A stretch of DNA of 64,000 nt from contig CAVDMV010000003.1 in the NCBI GenBank assembly GCA_963610315.1, forward strand, positions 39,146 through 103,145. Reading direction: 5' to 3'. Source of the stretch: Acutalibacteraceae bacterium. Its GTDB lineage: Bacteria > Bacillota_I > Bacilli_A > RFN20 > CAG-449. The first letter of the stretch is position 1. Each line of letters starts with the position of its first letter. Below the pieces are notes generated by a model that searched no databases, had not been told where the DNA came from, and worked only from the letters and a program-made list of their open reading frames with translations. The translations under genes and the position numbers were made by a program. This document shows positions 9,958 through 19,343 of this stretch, piece by piece.

Positions 9958-11775
9958 TTAATTATCTTCTTTTGAATAGATATGGCAACCTTTCTTACCA
10001 TGTCTTTTTACATAATATAATGCGTTATCCGCGTCTTTAAATAAACTATCAGAGGAAGAATCTTTATCCATAAAAGCAGTTCCAACGCTTAGGGAGACTA
10101 AAGGAATATCAATGGTACGAGAAGAAAGTAATTCATTAATTTCATCGATTTTATTAATAATCTTAGTTTCAAAATCTTTTTTTACATCCATCATAATTAC
10201 CGCGAATTCATCGCCACCAATTCGACAAATATAATCTATAGATCTAAATTGTTCTCCGAGCATTTTAGAAATCTTTTTTAAAACATCATCTCCGACATCA
10301 TGACCATAATTATCATTAACATCTTTAAATTCATCAATATCAATTAAGACAAGTGCGAAATTTCTTTTTTCTTTTATATTCGAATTAAGAATTTGATCAA
10401 ATCCTCCACGATTTAAAACTCCAGTAAGAGCATCATGTTCTGCTTCATATTTCATAAGTTTTTCTTCACTTATATCACGTGCGACATATAAGCCTTCGAT
10501 GGCATTTCCATCATTATCTCTTCTTTTTACGATAAAACGTGCTTGAATCCACGATCCATTAGGTGCTTTATAATCAGTAGTTACTGTATTTACATTCTTA
10601 AGTCTATTAGCTAATGTATCAATATTAAGGAATTCATATAATGACTCTTTAAATTCTGGTTCAATAAAGTTATTGATAATTATATCCTTTACATCATCAA
10701 AATTTCCTTTTTGTGGAACTAATTTTTCCATAAGTGGAACACTAGTTAATATCTCATATTTATGAGTAACAATATCAGCTTGGAAAATAGTTGAATAAAT
10801 TGTCGATAAAGAATTAATAACTTCTATACGTTCTTTTTCTTCATTAAAACGTGCTTCTTCTAACACTCTTTCTCTTCTTTGATTTTCTTTTTGTTCTTCA
10901 ACAATTTTATCAATAAGTTGAAATCCAACAACGACATATTCGGTATTATCGACTCTTCTACAATCATATTGATAATAATGTTTTATTCCTTCTTCAATGC
11001 TTCGATATGTTCCAACATAACTATCTTGCGTTGCAAATACTTTTCTAATATTATCAACATTTAATGATTCTTTAATACGTTTTTTATCATCAGGGTGAAC
11101 ATTTTCTTTAATCCAACGATCAATAACTGCATCAAATGGGAAAGCACCGCTACTGACATCTCTAACTGCTTTTACATTATAACTATCATCTAGACGAATA
11201 GCTTTTGCAGTACCCGTTTTTAAATTAGCGACAAAGACATTTCGAAAGCTTTTAGATAAAGCCATGATAATTGCTAGTTGATTAGCGAGTTCTCTTTCAT
11301 GAGCTTCTGTTTCTTTTCTTTTTTCTTCATCAAGTTTTTTATGTTCTTTAATAATATCATCAATATTTTGGAAACCAATAACTGCCATTTTACCATCTTC
11401 ACTAGATTTAGTAATTTTATATTGAAAGTAATGAATTTCTCCATTAACTAAACTACGATAGTTTCCAACAACTTCGTCTTGAGTTTTTAAAATTTCATTA
11501 ATCTTTTCAACTTTAAAAATTTGAGTAATTTTTTCTCTATCATCTTTATAAACAATTGTATTAACCCAGTTAATAATAACAGGATCAAAATGAAATTCTT
11601 GATGATTCTCTTTACCAGGAACATCAACATAAGAAGCATTTAGTTTAAGAATTCTTGCAGTCTTCTTCTCCATGTTTAATAAATAAACATTTTCAAAATG
11701 ACGAGCGAGTATATCAAAAACCATCAATTGCTCTTTAAGTGATTCAATTTTATTACTTGAAACGTTATTGTCCAT
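9958..11775 (-). CDS. diguanylate cyclase (GGDEF domain) with PAS-like sensor repeats
   Basis: C-terminal GGDEF domain with RIGGDEFAV active-site motif and DIDEFKDVNDNYGHDVGD; cytoplasmic, no TM segment. Confidence 0.85.
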   Translation of the reverse strand: MDNNVSSNKIESLKEQLMVFDILARHFENVYLLNMEKKTARILKLNASYVDVPGKENHQEFHFDPVIINWVNTIVYKDDREKITQIFKVEKINEILKTQDEVVGNYRSLVNGEIHYFQYKITKSSEDGKMAVIGFQNIDDIIKEHKKLDEEKRKETEAHERELANQLAIIMALSKSFRNVFVANLKTGTAKAIRLDDSYNVKAVRDVSSGAFPFDAVIDRWIKENVHPDDKKRIKESLNVDNIRKVFATQDSYVGTYRSIEEGIKHYYQYDCRRVDNTEYVVVGFQLIDKIVEEQKENQRRERVLEEARFNEEKERIEVINSLSTIYSTIFQADIVTHKYEILTSVPLMEKLVPQKGNFDDVKDIIINNFIEPEFKESLYEFLNIDTLANRLKNVNTVTTDYKAPNGSWIQARFIVKRRDNDGNAIEGLYVARDISEEKLMKYEAEHDALTGVLNRGGFDQILNSNIKEKRNFALVLIDIDEFKDVNDNYGHDVGDDVLKKISKMLGEQFRSIDYICRIGGDEFAVIMMDVKKDFETKIINKIDEINELLSSRTIDIPLVSLSVGTAFMDKDSSSDSLFKDADNALYYVKRHGKKGCHIYSKEDN

Positions 11776-11869
11776 ATAATCACCCTTTACACATTCTTAA
11801 CTTCCTTTTAAAACACATAGACTTTAAGCAATTTCATTCTATCACTAATAATTTACTTTTACACTAAAA

Positions 11870-13195
11870 TCATATTCTTTTTAGATATATAGTTCTGATA
11901 TACCACCATTGCTCAATAAAAGAGATAATCATATGAAATACCAATCCAAAGCCAAACATATAAACGATAATATCAATCGTAAATGTAATAGAATTTGTCT
12001 TATAAAGAATAAACCATACTCCGTAATAAATAAAGTTAACAAGAAGGCTATTTAAGGCATTAAGGTAAGTCTTACCTTTTCCAATAAATATTGAATCAGG
12101 TATTAAACATAATGTATAAGCAATATAAAACGGAACAAGCTTTAATAGAATTTGAAATATATGTTCTGCGTTATCTAACCTTTCTACATAAGTAAGAAAA
12201 GGATTCCAAGTAGGTAAAGTTAAAACCCATAAAACAAATATAAATAACGCTATCAAATAATAATTTGATTTTATGATATTATTATTATTATTATTATTAT
12301 TTTCTTCCTTACAGTCAGTTTTTACAATTTCACTAAGAGCAGTGGCAGGAATAAGTAACCATCCCCAAATAAAGTTATTAGCCACCCAATAATTACCTTG
12401 TTCACTTACCATATTGACCATCTTTCCAATCATTAAAGCGTAAACAATATTATCGATAAATTGTTGAGTTCCAGAGAATAAGCCAACCTTAAGCCAAGAA
12501 GCATATTCTTTTTTATCATCTTTTAATGAAAAACTAGGTTTAATGAGTTTTTCTAAATATAAGATAATAAATCCTATAATCGCTAGTAAGGAGTTTGTAA
12601 TGATATTACTTATAGCAATTCCATTCACACCAATTGAAGGAACTAATAGGAAATCGGTAGTTATGCCTAGAATGACTTGAATTCCTAAGAACACGTAAAC
12701 ATTCTTTTCTTTTTCGCTAACAACAAAAATAATATTAAAGAAAGAAGGAATAATACCTAGCATAAAACTAATTGTCTCAAGCTTAAGATAAGTACTTATG
12801 GCTGAAATATCATTTTCCTGCGGATTCATATAGGAAATAAGTGAATTACCATATATAAAAATTCCAATATTAAATATGAAATATAATACAAATACAATTA
12901 ATAAAGATTTAAAAACAAATGATGGACCTTGTTCTTTATTGTTTTTAAAAATTCTATTTAGAATTGAATATAAAGGAACAATTAAGAATGCCTTTATTGT
13001 TTCATCAATAAGATCATACCATTCCATTTGACCAATAATATCGATTCCAGTTGAAGATGTGTTAGTTGAGATAAGAAAAGTTCTTATCGTTTGATAAATA
13101 GAGGGTACTAAGGCTAATGCACATAACGAAAGCCATAAACTCCATTTAAAATGTTTCAAATTTTTAAATGTTGATTTTATCTTCGAAAAGATCAT
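11870..13195 (-). CDS. polytopic membrane transporter, MATE-like efflux family (tentative)
   Basis: About 12 predicted TM helices, about 440 aa; start at MIFSKIK after a GGAGG RBS; contains an internal poly-Asn tract. Confidence 0.5.
   Translation of the reverse strand: MIFSKIKSTFKNLKHFKWSLWLSLCALALVPSIYQTIRTFLISTNTSSTGIDIIGQMEWYDLIDETIKAFLIVPLYSILNRIFKNNKEQGPSFVFKSLLIVFVLYFIFNIGIFIYGNSLISYMNPQENDISAISTYLKLETISFMLGIIPSFFNIIFVVSEKEKNVYVFLGIQVILGITTDFLLVPSIGVNGIAISNIITNSLLAIIGFIILYLEKLIKPSFSLKDDKKEYASWLKVGLFSGTQQFIDNIVYALMIGKMVNMVSEQGNYWVANNFIWGWLLIPATALSEIVKTDCKEENNNNNNNNIIKSNYYLIALFIFVLWVLTLPTWNPFLTYVERLDNAEHIFQILLKLVPFYIAYTLCLIPDSIFIGKGKTYLNALNSLLVNFIYYGVWFILYKTNSITFTIDIIVYMFGFGLVFHMIISFIEQWWYIRTIYLKRI
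12277..12300 (-). repeat. (AAT)8 trinucleotide microsatellite encoding a poly-Asn tract inside the transporter gene
   Basis: Perfect ATT/TAT repeat on the plus strand; translates as NNNNNNNN. Confidence 0.9.
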
Positions 13196-13241
13196 TTTAA
13201 TAACCTCCATAATATTTTTTTAAAATTAATCTACTTATTTT

Positions 13242-13436
13242 TTATAAATAGATATATAGAAATAAAATTAAGATGATCGCTAAAGGAAAATTAAAGAAAT
13301 AAGCAAATAATATACCAAGCAAATCGTTAACGTTTCCTTCTGAAGAACCAAAAATAAAAAATAATCCATAGATAAATAACGCAATAGATATTATTAATAA
13401 CATAATTGAAGCAATGTTTTTCTTAATTTTATTCAT
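13242..13436 (-). CDS. small hydrophobic membrane protein (64 aa), hypothetical
   Basis: Two predicted TM helices; weak RBS; no homolog recognised. Confidence 0.3.
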   Translation of the reverse strand: MNKIKKNIASIMLLIISIALFIYGLFFIFGSSEGNVNDLLGILFAYFFNFPLAIILILFLYIYL

Positions 13437-13507
13437 TTAATTAACCTTTCTTACATATAAATTATAACTAATCTAAAAATGCATTAGTAAAATAATTTAA
13501 TTACGAT

Positions 13508-14380
13508 TTAAGAATTACTCACTTTCGCTAAACGAATGAATTCTTTACAAGCAAAACTAAGTTCTTTATCTTTAAGATAAATGATTTTACGTGAATTTTC
13601 ATTAATTGCTTCAAGTTCTAAAGGTCTCATAAATTCATTATTAATCACTTCATTATAAGGTAAAGGAACTATCGCGATTATTTTCTTTTCTTTAGCAAAA
13701 CTCATACTGGCCATGGTAGTTACTGTCGTAATATCAATTAAAGGATTCATATTTAACACATGGAATCTAGAAATAATATCACTTTCATAAGCACGAGGAA
13801 CAACTAAGTGTTCATTTTCTAAATCAGAAAGTTCTAATGCTTCTTTTTTTAATAATTTATGATTTGGAGGAAGATAAACAACAAATTCTTCTTTATCTAA
13901 CACTAAATAATTAACTTTATCAAAATCTTTAATATGAGCGTTAATAACTGCGATATCAACAATATCATCATTTAAATATTGTTCAGCAGTTAAAGCGTTA
14001 CATTCATATACATTAAATTTAATATGTGGATATTCTTCAAAAAATTTAGAAAATAATTTATGAATTAATAAAGAATAGACACTTGGTGGTAAAGCAATAT
14101 TAATCTTATCTTCTAAACCATTATTAATATTATTTAAATTAACAAAACTTTGTTCATATAAAGAAACAATTTTACGAGCTTTGGCATAGAGTTCTTTTCC
14201 ACTTGAAGTTAAGCGAATTGTCTTTCCTCCACGATACATTAGCTTAGTTCGATACATATCTTCTAAATATTTAACTTGATTAGATAAAGAAGGTTGAGCG
14301 ATAAATAATTTTTTACTTGCTTTAGAAAAACTCTTCTCTTCAACAATAGTTATATAGTTTTTTAGATAATCAATGTTCAT
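13508..14380 (-). CDS. LysR-family transcriptional regulator
   Basis: N-terminal HTH (SFSKASKKLFIAQPSLSNQVKYLE); 290 aa; divergent from the transporter gene. Confidence 0.85.
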   Translation of the reverse strand: MNIDYLKNYITIVEEKSFSKASKKLFIAQPSLSNQVKYLEDMYRTKLMYRGGKTIRLTSSGKELYAKARKIVSLYEQSFVNLNNINNGLEDKINIALPPSVYSLLIHKLFSKFFEEYPHIKFNVYECNALTAEQYLNDDIVDIAVINAHIKDFDKVNYLVLDKEEFVVYLPPNHKLLKKEALELSDLENEHLVVPRAYESDIISRFHVLNMNPLIDITTVTTMASMSFAKEKKIIAIVPLPYNEVINNEFMRPLELEAINENSRKIIYLKDKELSFACKEFIRLAKVSNS

Positions 14381-14503
14381 AAATGCCTCACTTATAATGT
14401 TTTTAAATAGAAATCATTTAAAATTAGTATAATCATTATAACTTAAATTGATAAAAATTTACCAATATATTTTATAATATTTTTTGTAAAGGAGAGAAAA
14501 ATT

Positions 14504-15631
14504 ATGATTTTTACATTAGCCGGAATCGGCGATAATATCGCAAGTGCACTTTCGTCCATGAGTTTATGGGTTGCTGTTGCCAAAAGCGTATTCATTATTT
14601 TAATCGGTTTTATTTTCACAAAAACCAAAACACTTCCAGAAAATACTGGTAAAATTTTAACTAAACTTGTTATGACAATTTGCTTACCTTGTTTAGCATT
14701 TGGTTCATTCATGACAAGTATCTCACAAGAAAGCTTCGTTTCTTGTATCGTATCTTTCGTCTATGGATTCGTCATCTATATCGCATTTATCTTTTTAGCG
14801 AAACTCATCTTCAAATGGGTTAAAGATCCAACTAGAAGAAAAGTAATGGAAATCTTATTCGTATTTGGTTCAACTACATTCTTCGGTCAACCATTAATTA
14901 AAGCGGTCTTCCCAGGAGCATTTAATGATTCTAGTATGTTTAATATCGCATACCGCGTATTCTTATATTCATATGCATACTATGCAATCTGTCAATCTAA
15001 AGAAGATGAAAATACTTCTGCGAACAAACCAACTATTAAAGACATCTTAAAAAGAATTTTCGTTAACCCAATCATCATCGCGACATTTGTCGGTTTTATC
15101 CTTTGGTCATTACAATTAATTGGTGATTCAAGTGATGTAACTAACTGGTGGGTTGTAACAGTAAATAATACTTCAGGAACAACTTCAACAGGTGCTTTCT
15201 GGAATCTCAGCGTTTCTGCACCATGGTTATATCAAACAATTAATACTTTAGGCGGATTATCTTCTCCACTTGTTTGGATTGCCATTGGCTGTACATTAGG
15301 TAAAGTTTCATTTAAAGATGCTGCAAAAGATAAAGATGTATGGATTTTTACTTTCATTAGAGTCTTAGGCGCACCTATCTTAAACTTTGGATTCTTATTA
15401 TTAATTAACTTAATCCCAGGTATTAATGTTTCATTTAATACACTTGCTGCGACAACATTAATGTGGGCAGTTCCACCTGCAACAGTCGCGATTACTTATT
15501 GTATTAACTCAAATAAAGAATCAACATTCGCTTCATCTTGTTCATTAATTGGTACTTTAGTATCTGTCTGTTTTATTCCAGTTTATATGATTTTATTAAC
15601 TGTCATTCAATCTGCAGGAATATTTGCTTAG
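14504..15631 (+). CDS. AEC-family (auxin efflux carrier / malate permease-like) membrane transporter
   Basis: 375 aa, 8-10 TM helices, N-terminal pattern typical of AEC proteins; GGAGAGAAAAA RBS. Confidence 0.6.
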   Translation: MIFTLAGIGDNIASALSSMSLWVAVAKSVFIILIGFIFTKTKTLPENTGKILTKLVMTICLPCLAFGSFMTSISQESFVSCIVSFVYGFVIYIAFIFLAKLIFKWVKDPTRRKVMEILFVFGSTTFFGQPLIKAVFPGAFNDSSMFNIAYRVFLYSYAYYAICQSKEDENTSANKPTIKDILKRIFVNPIIIATFVGFILWSLQLIGDSSDVTNWWVVTVNNTSGTTSTGAFWNLSVSAPWLYQTINTLGGLSSPLVWIAIGCTLGKVSFKDAAKDKDVWIFTFIRVLGAPILNFGFLLLINLIPGINVSFNTLAATTLMWAVPPATVAITYCINSNKESTFASSCSLIGTLVSVCFIPVYMILLTVIQSAGIFA

Positions 15632-15643
15632 GAGGAGAAAAAA

Positions 15644-16657
15644 ATGTCATTTAAAAAAGAAATTGCTTGTTTCGGCGTAAGAGAATATGAAATTCCTTAC
15701 TTTGAAAAATTAGGCGAACAATATAATTACAAATTAACTTTATTCCCACAATTCTTAAATACTGATAACTATAAAGATGCATTAGGTTATGAAGTAGTCA
15801 TGGTTAGAGGTAACTGCGTAGTTAATAAAGAAGCTATGAAAGACTTAGCTGACCACGGTTTAAAATATTATTTAACCCGTACTGCTGGTTATAACCATGT
15901 CGATATCGAAGCTTGTAAAGAATATAATATTAAAACTGCATTCGTTCCAGGTTATTCACCAAACGCAATTAGTGAACTCGCTTTAACTCTTGCGATGATG
16001 TTATTAAGAAATACTGCTTATACTGTTGATTATACTCACAAAGGTAATTTCAAAGTAACTAATCAAATGTTCTCTCGTGAAGTAAGAGGTTGTAGAGTAG
16101 GTATCTTAGGATGCGGAAGAATTGGTTGTACCACTGCTTCTTTATTTAAAGGTTTAGGTGCAGAAGTGGTTGGTTACGATGTCTATGAGTCAGATTATGC
16201 CAAAAAGATTGTTACTTTCTTACCATTAGATGAATTTAATAAAACATGTGATATCATTGTCGCACATATGAATTATGTTAAAGGATCTAACGATAACTTC
16301 ATCTCTAAAGAATTTATCGCGAATATGAAAGAACATTCTATCTTAGTTAACGTCGCTCGTGGTGAAATCTTAGATTTAGATGCAGCTTTAGAAGCTGTTG
16401 AAAATTCTCATTTAGATGGTTTAGCGATTGACGTTATCTCAAATGAAAAAACTCTCTTCTTCAAGAATTTTGAAGATCCTCAACACATGGATACACCTCA
16501 ACATCAAAAATTAATTGATTTATATCCTCGAGTACTCGTAACTCCTCACGTTGCTTCTTCTACTGATAAAGCATTAATCGATATGATTGAAGTTACACTC
16601 AAGAACTTAGATGAATTCTTAGAAACTGGTTCTTGTAAAAATTCATTAATTAAATAA
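15644..16657 (+). CDS. D-isomer-specific 2-hydroxyacid dehydrogenase (D-lactate dehydrogenase-like)
   Basis: NAD-binding GILGCGRIGCTTASLFKGLGAEVVGYD; 337 aa. Confidence 0.85.
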   Translation: MSFKKEIACFGVREYEIPYFEKLGEQYNYKLTLFPQFLNTDNYKDALGYEVVMVRGNCVVNKEAMKDLADHGLKYYLTRTAGYNHVDIEACKEYNIKTAFVPGYSPNAISELALTLAMMLLRNTAYTVDYTHKGNFKVTNQMFSREVRGCRVGILGCGRIGCTTASLFKGLGAEVVGYDVYESDYAKKIVTFLPLDEFNKTCDIIVAHMNYVKGSNDNFISKEFIANMKEHSILVNVARGEILDLDAALEAVENSHLDGLAIDVISNEKTLFFKNFEDPQHMDTPQHQKLIDLYPRVLVTPHVASSTDKALIDMIEVTLKNLDEFLETGSCKNSLIK

Positions 16658-16664
16658 ATTATAA

Positions 16665-16690
16665 GTCCACTTAGAAATAAGTGGATTTTT
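16665..16690 (+). terminator. Rho-independent terminator
   Basis: GTCCACTTAgaaaTAAGTGGAT hairpin followed by TTTTT. Confidence 0.65.
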
Positions 16691-16749
16691 ATTACATTTA
16701 GTTCAATTAAGTAGTATCATTTATTTAATTTACGAAAGGAATTTATATT

Positions 16750-18510
16750 ATGAACGAATGGAATTTAAAAGAAATTTATGCCGATAAAGAATCTTGGGAC
16801 AAAGATTATGAATTACTAAAAGAAAAGATCCCACATTTTGCTGATTTTAAAGGAAAACTAAACGAAGAAAAATCTTTAGAAGAATTCTTCTTATTTCAAG
16901 ATGAATTAGAAAAAGTCTTAGAACGTTTTTATTCTTATATTGCGATGAGTTATGACAAAAACCAAAAAGATCTTGAAACACAAGCTTCCATTATGAAAGC
17001 AAGATCCTTATTCCCAGATTATGGTGCGGTTACTTCTTATATCAATACTGAATTATTAGAAAAACCTTATAGTTTCTATGAGGATTTAGCTAGCAAAAAC
17101 AAAGTCATTAAAGAACACTTATTCTCTATCAAGAAAACATTTGATTCAAAGAAATTTGTTCTCTCACCAAGTGAAGAAAAGATTATCTCTGATTATTCAA
17201 TGGTTTCTTCTGCCTCAGCTAGATTATATTCAATGCTCCAAAATAGTGATTTTACTCCAGTAGATGTCACTTTATCAAATAATGAAGTAGTTAAAGTATC
17301 ACCAAATACTTATACAAGTATTTTAATGAATTGTGAAAAACAAGAAGATCGTAAAAAAGTATTTGAATCTTTATTTTCTTATTATGATTTACATAAAAAT
17401 ACCCTTTGCACAATCTATAAAGGTGTTGTTGATGCTGATATCGCAAAAATGAAATCAAGAGGTTATAAATCAATCTTAGAAAGCGTCTTAGATCATAATA
17501 AGATTCCTGAAGAAGTATATTTATCTTTAATTAATACAGTAAAAGAAAATACTGCACCATTAAAAAGATATATTAAATTAAGAAAAGAATTCTTTAAATT
17601 AGATGAATATCATACTTATGATCGTTTCTTATCTTTCTCTACTAGCGATGTTAAATATCCTTATGAAAAAGCTTATGAAGATGTTTTAAAAGCTTTATCA
17701 CCTTTAGGAGAAGACTTTGTTTCTCACGCGAAAGTCGCTTTAAAAGAAGGTCACGTTGATGTTTATCCATCTGAAGGCAAAAGAAGTGGAGCTTATTCAA
17801 CTCAAGTATATGGTTACGGACCTTATATCTTATTAAATCATACTAATACCTTAGATTCAGCATTCACTCTCGCACATGAATGTGGTCACTCAATTCACAC
17901 TCTTTATTCAAATGAAAATCAACCTTATGCAACTAAAGATTACACCATCTTTGTCGCGGAAATCGCTTCAACATTTAATGAAGCAGTCTTCTTAGATTAT
18001 TTAATGAAGAATTCAACTGATAAAGAACTTAAGGTTCAAGCTCTTGAACAACAAATTGATGGTATAGTTTCTACGTTCTACCGTCAAACATTATTCGCAG
18101 ATTTTGAATATCAAGCACATATGTTAGTCATTGAAAATAAACCATTTACTTATGAATCATTAAATAACATTATGGCTGACTTATATAAGAAATATTATGA
18201 TATTGATTTAGACACAGAACCATTAAAGAAGATGGTATGGGCATATATTCCTCATATGTATAATACTCCATTCTATGTTTATCAATATGCAACTTGCTTC
18301 TCAGCTTCAAGTAAGATATATCAAGATGTTAAAAATAATGTACCAGGTGCATTTGAAAAATATGTTTCTATGTTAAAAATGGGTGGATGTACTTACCCAG
18401 TCGAAATCGTTAAACAAGGCGGAGTTGATTTAACTTCAAAAGAGCCATTTGTCGCAGTTTGTACTAAGCTTAACGATTTACTCGATGAATTCGAAAAACT
18501 CGTAAAATAA
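16750..18510 (+). CDS. pepF: oligoendopeptidase F (M3B family)
   Basis: HEXXH zinc motif HECGHSIH; 586 aa; overall PepF architecture. Confidence 0.9.
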   Translation: MNEWNLKEIYADKESWDKDYELLKEKIPHFADFKGKLNEEKSLEEFFLFQDELEKVLERFYSYIAMSYDKNQKDLETQASIMKARSLFPDYGAVTSYINTELLEKPYSFYEDLASKNKVIKEHLFSIKKTFDSKKFVLSPSEEKIISDYSMVSSASARLYSMLQNSDFTPVDVTLSNNEVVKVSPNTYTSILMNCEKQEDRKKVFESLFSYYDLHKNTLCTIYKGVVDADIAKMKSRGYKSILESVLDHNKIPEEVYLSLINTVKENTAPLKRYIKLRKEFFKLDEYHTYDRFLSFSTSDVKYPYEKAYEDVLKALSPLGEDFVSHAKVALKEGHVDVYPSEGKRSGAYSTQVYGYGPYILLNHTNTLDSAFTLAHECGHSIHTLYSNENQPYATKDYTIFVAEIASTFNEAVFLDYLMKNSTDKELKVQALEQQIDGIVSTFYRQTLFADFEYQAHMLVIENKPFTYESLNNIMADLYKKYYDIDLDTEPLKKMVWAYIPHMYNTPFYVYQYATCFSASSKIYQDVKNNVPGAFEKYVSMLKMGGCTYPVEIVKQGGVDLTSKEPFVAVCTKLNDLLDEFEKLVK

Positions 18511-18514
18511 GCTT

Positions 18515-18550
18515 TAAAAAAGCGTTCTAGAGATTATCTAGAACGTTTTT
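18515..18550. terminator. bidirectional Rho-independent terminator
   Basis: AACGTTCTAGAgattaTCTAGAACGTT flanked by an A-run and a T-run. Confidence 0.65.
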
Positions 18551-18555
18551 ATTTG

Positions 18556-19248
18556 TCAATCATTAAATTTATCTAGTAAGACAGGTCTTAAAGGAACATA
18601 AATAAACATTCGATCAAATAAGGCTGAAAAGAAACTAATTAAAACTGAATTCATTATCGCGGCAATAAAAGTACCAATTCCTACTCCACATAAAGGAAGA
18701 TTAAGTGCATAACCCATTCCAACTCCTAAGGCTAAAAATAATAAATCAAAAGCTAATTTAAAATAGAAATACTTAATATTAAATTTTCTTGATACGTATT
18801 TAGTAAATAAATCATATACTTGAGGATGGAAATAAGATTTAATTAATAAAGCAACAGAAAAGCCTGTTAGAATAGTACCTAATACAAAGAAGATAATTCT
18901 TAAATACAAAGGTAAAGAACTAAAATCAGTAACACTTGGATTAAAGATTGGAATTAAACGAAATAGATCTAAGAAGGCGCCGTATAATAAGCAAGTCACA
19001 AAACTCCATAAATAATGAATTTTAAATTTACCCATTACAAAACAAAATATAATTAATAATATACCTTGAATGACATATTCAGCTTGTCCAAAAGTTAAAA
19101 GCGATACTTTTTGACTTAATACATAAGCTGGTAAAACTATCATCGATACTCCTAGATCACTCGCGGTCACTACTGCGACTGATAAACTAAGAAGAATAAC
19201 TCCTAATAAATAAGATATTTCTTGAAATAATTTTAATTTATTTTTCAT
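18556..19248 (-). CDS. integral membrane protein (YczE/YitT-like)
   Basis: 6-7 predicted TM helices; start at MKNKLK with AAGGAA RBS. Confidence 0.45.
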   Translation of the reverse strand: MKNKLKLFQEISYLLGVILLSLSVAVVTASDLGVSMIVLPAYVLSQKVSLLTFGQAEYVIQGILLIIFCFVMGKFKIHYLWSFVTCLLYGAFLDLFRLIPIFNPSVTDFSSLPLYLRIIFFVLGTILTGFSVALLIKSYFHPQVYDLFTKYVSRKFNIKYFYFKLAFDLLFLALGVGMGYALNLPLCGVGIGTFIAAIMNSVLISFFSALFDRMFIYVPLRPVLLDKFND

Positions 19249-19343
19249 ACACAATTCCTTAAGCATTAGTAATTATAAACGATAAATTAAATATAGGCAA
19301 CCATGAAAAAAGCACTAGGTTTCCCTAATGCTTAGTTAACAAA

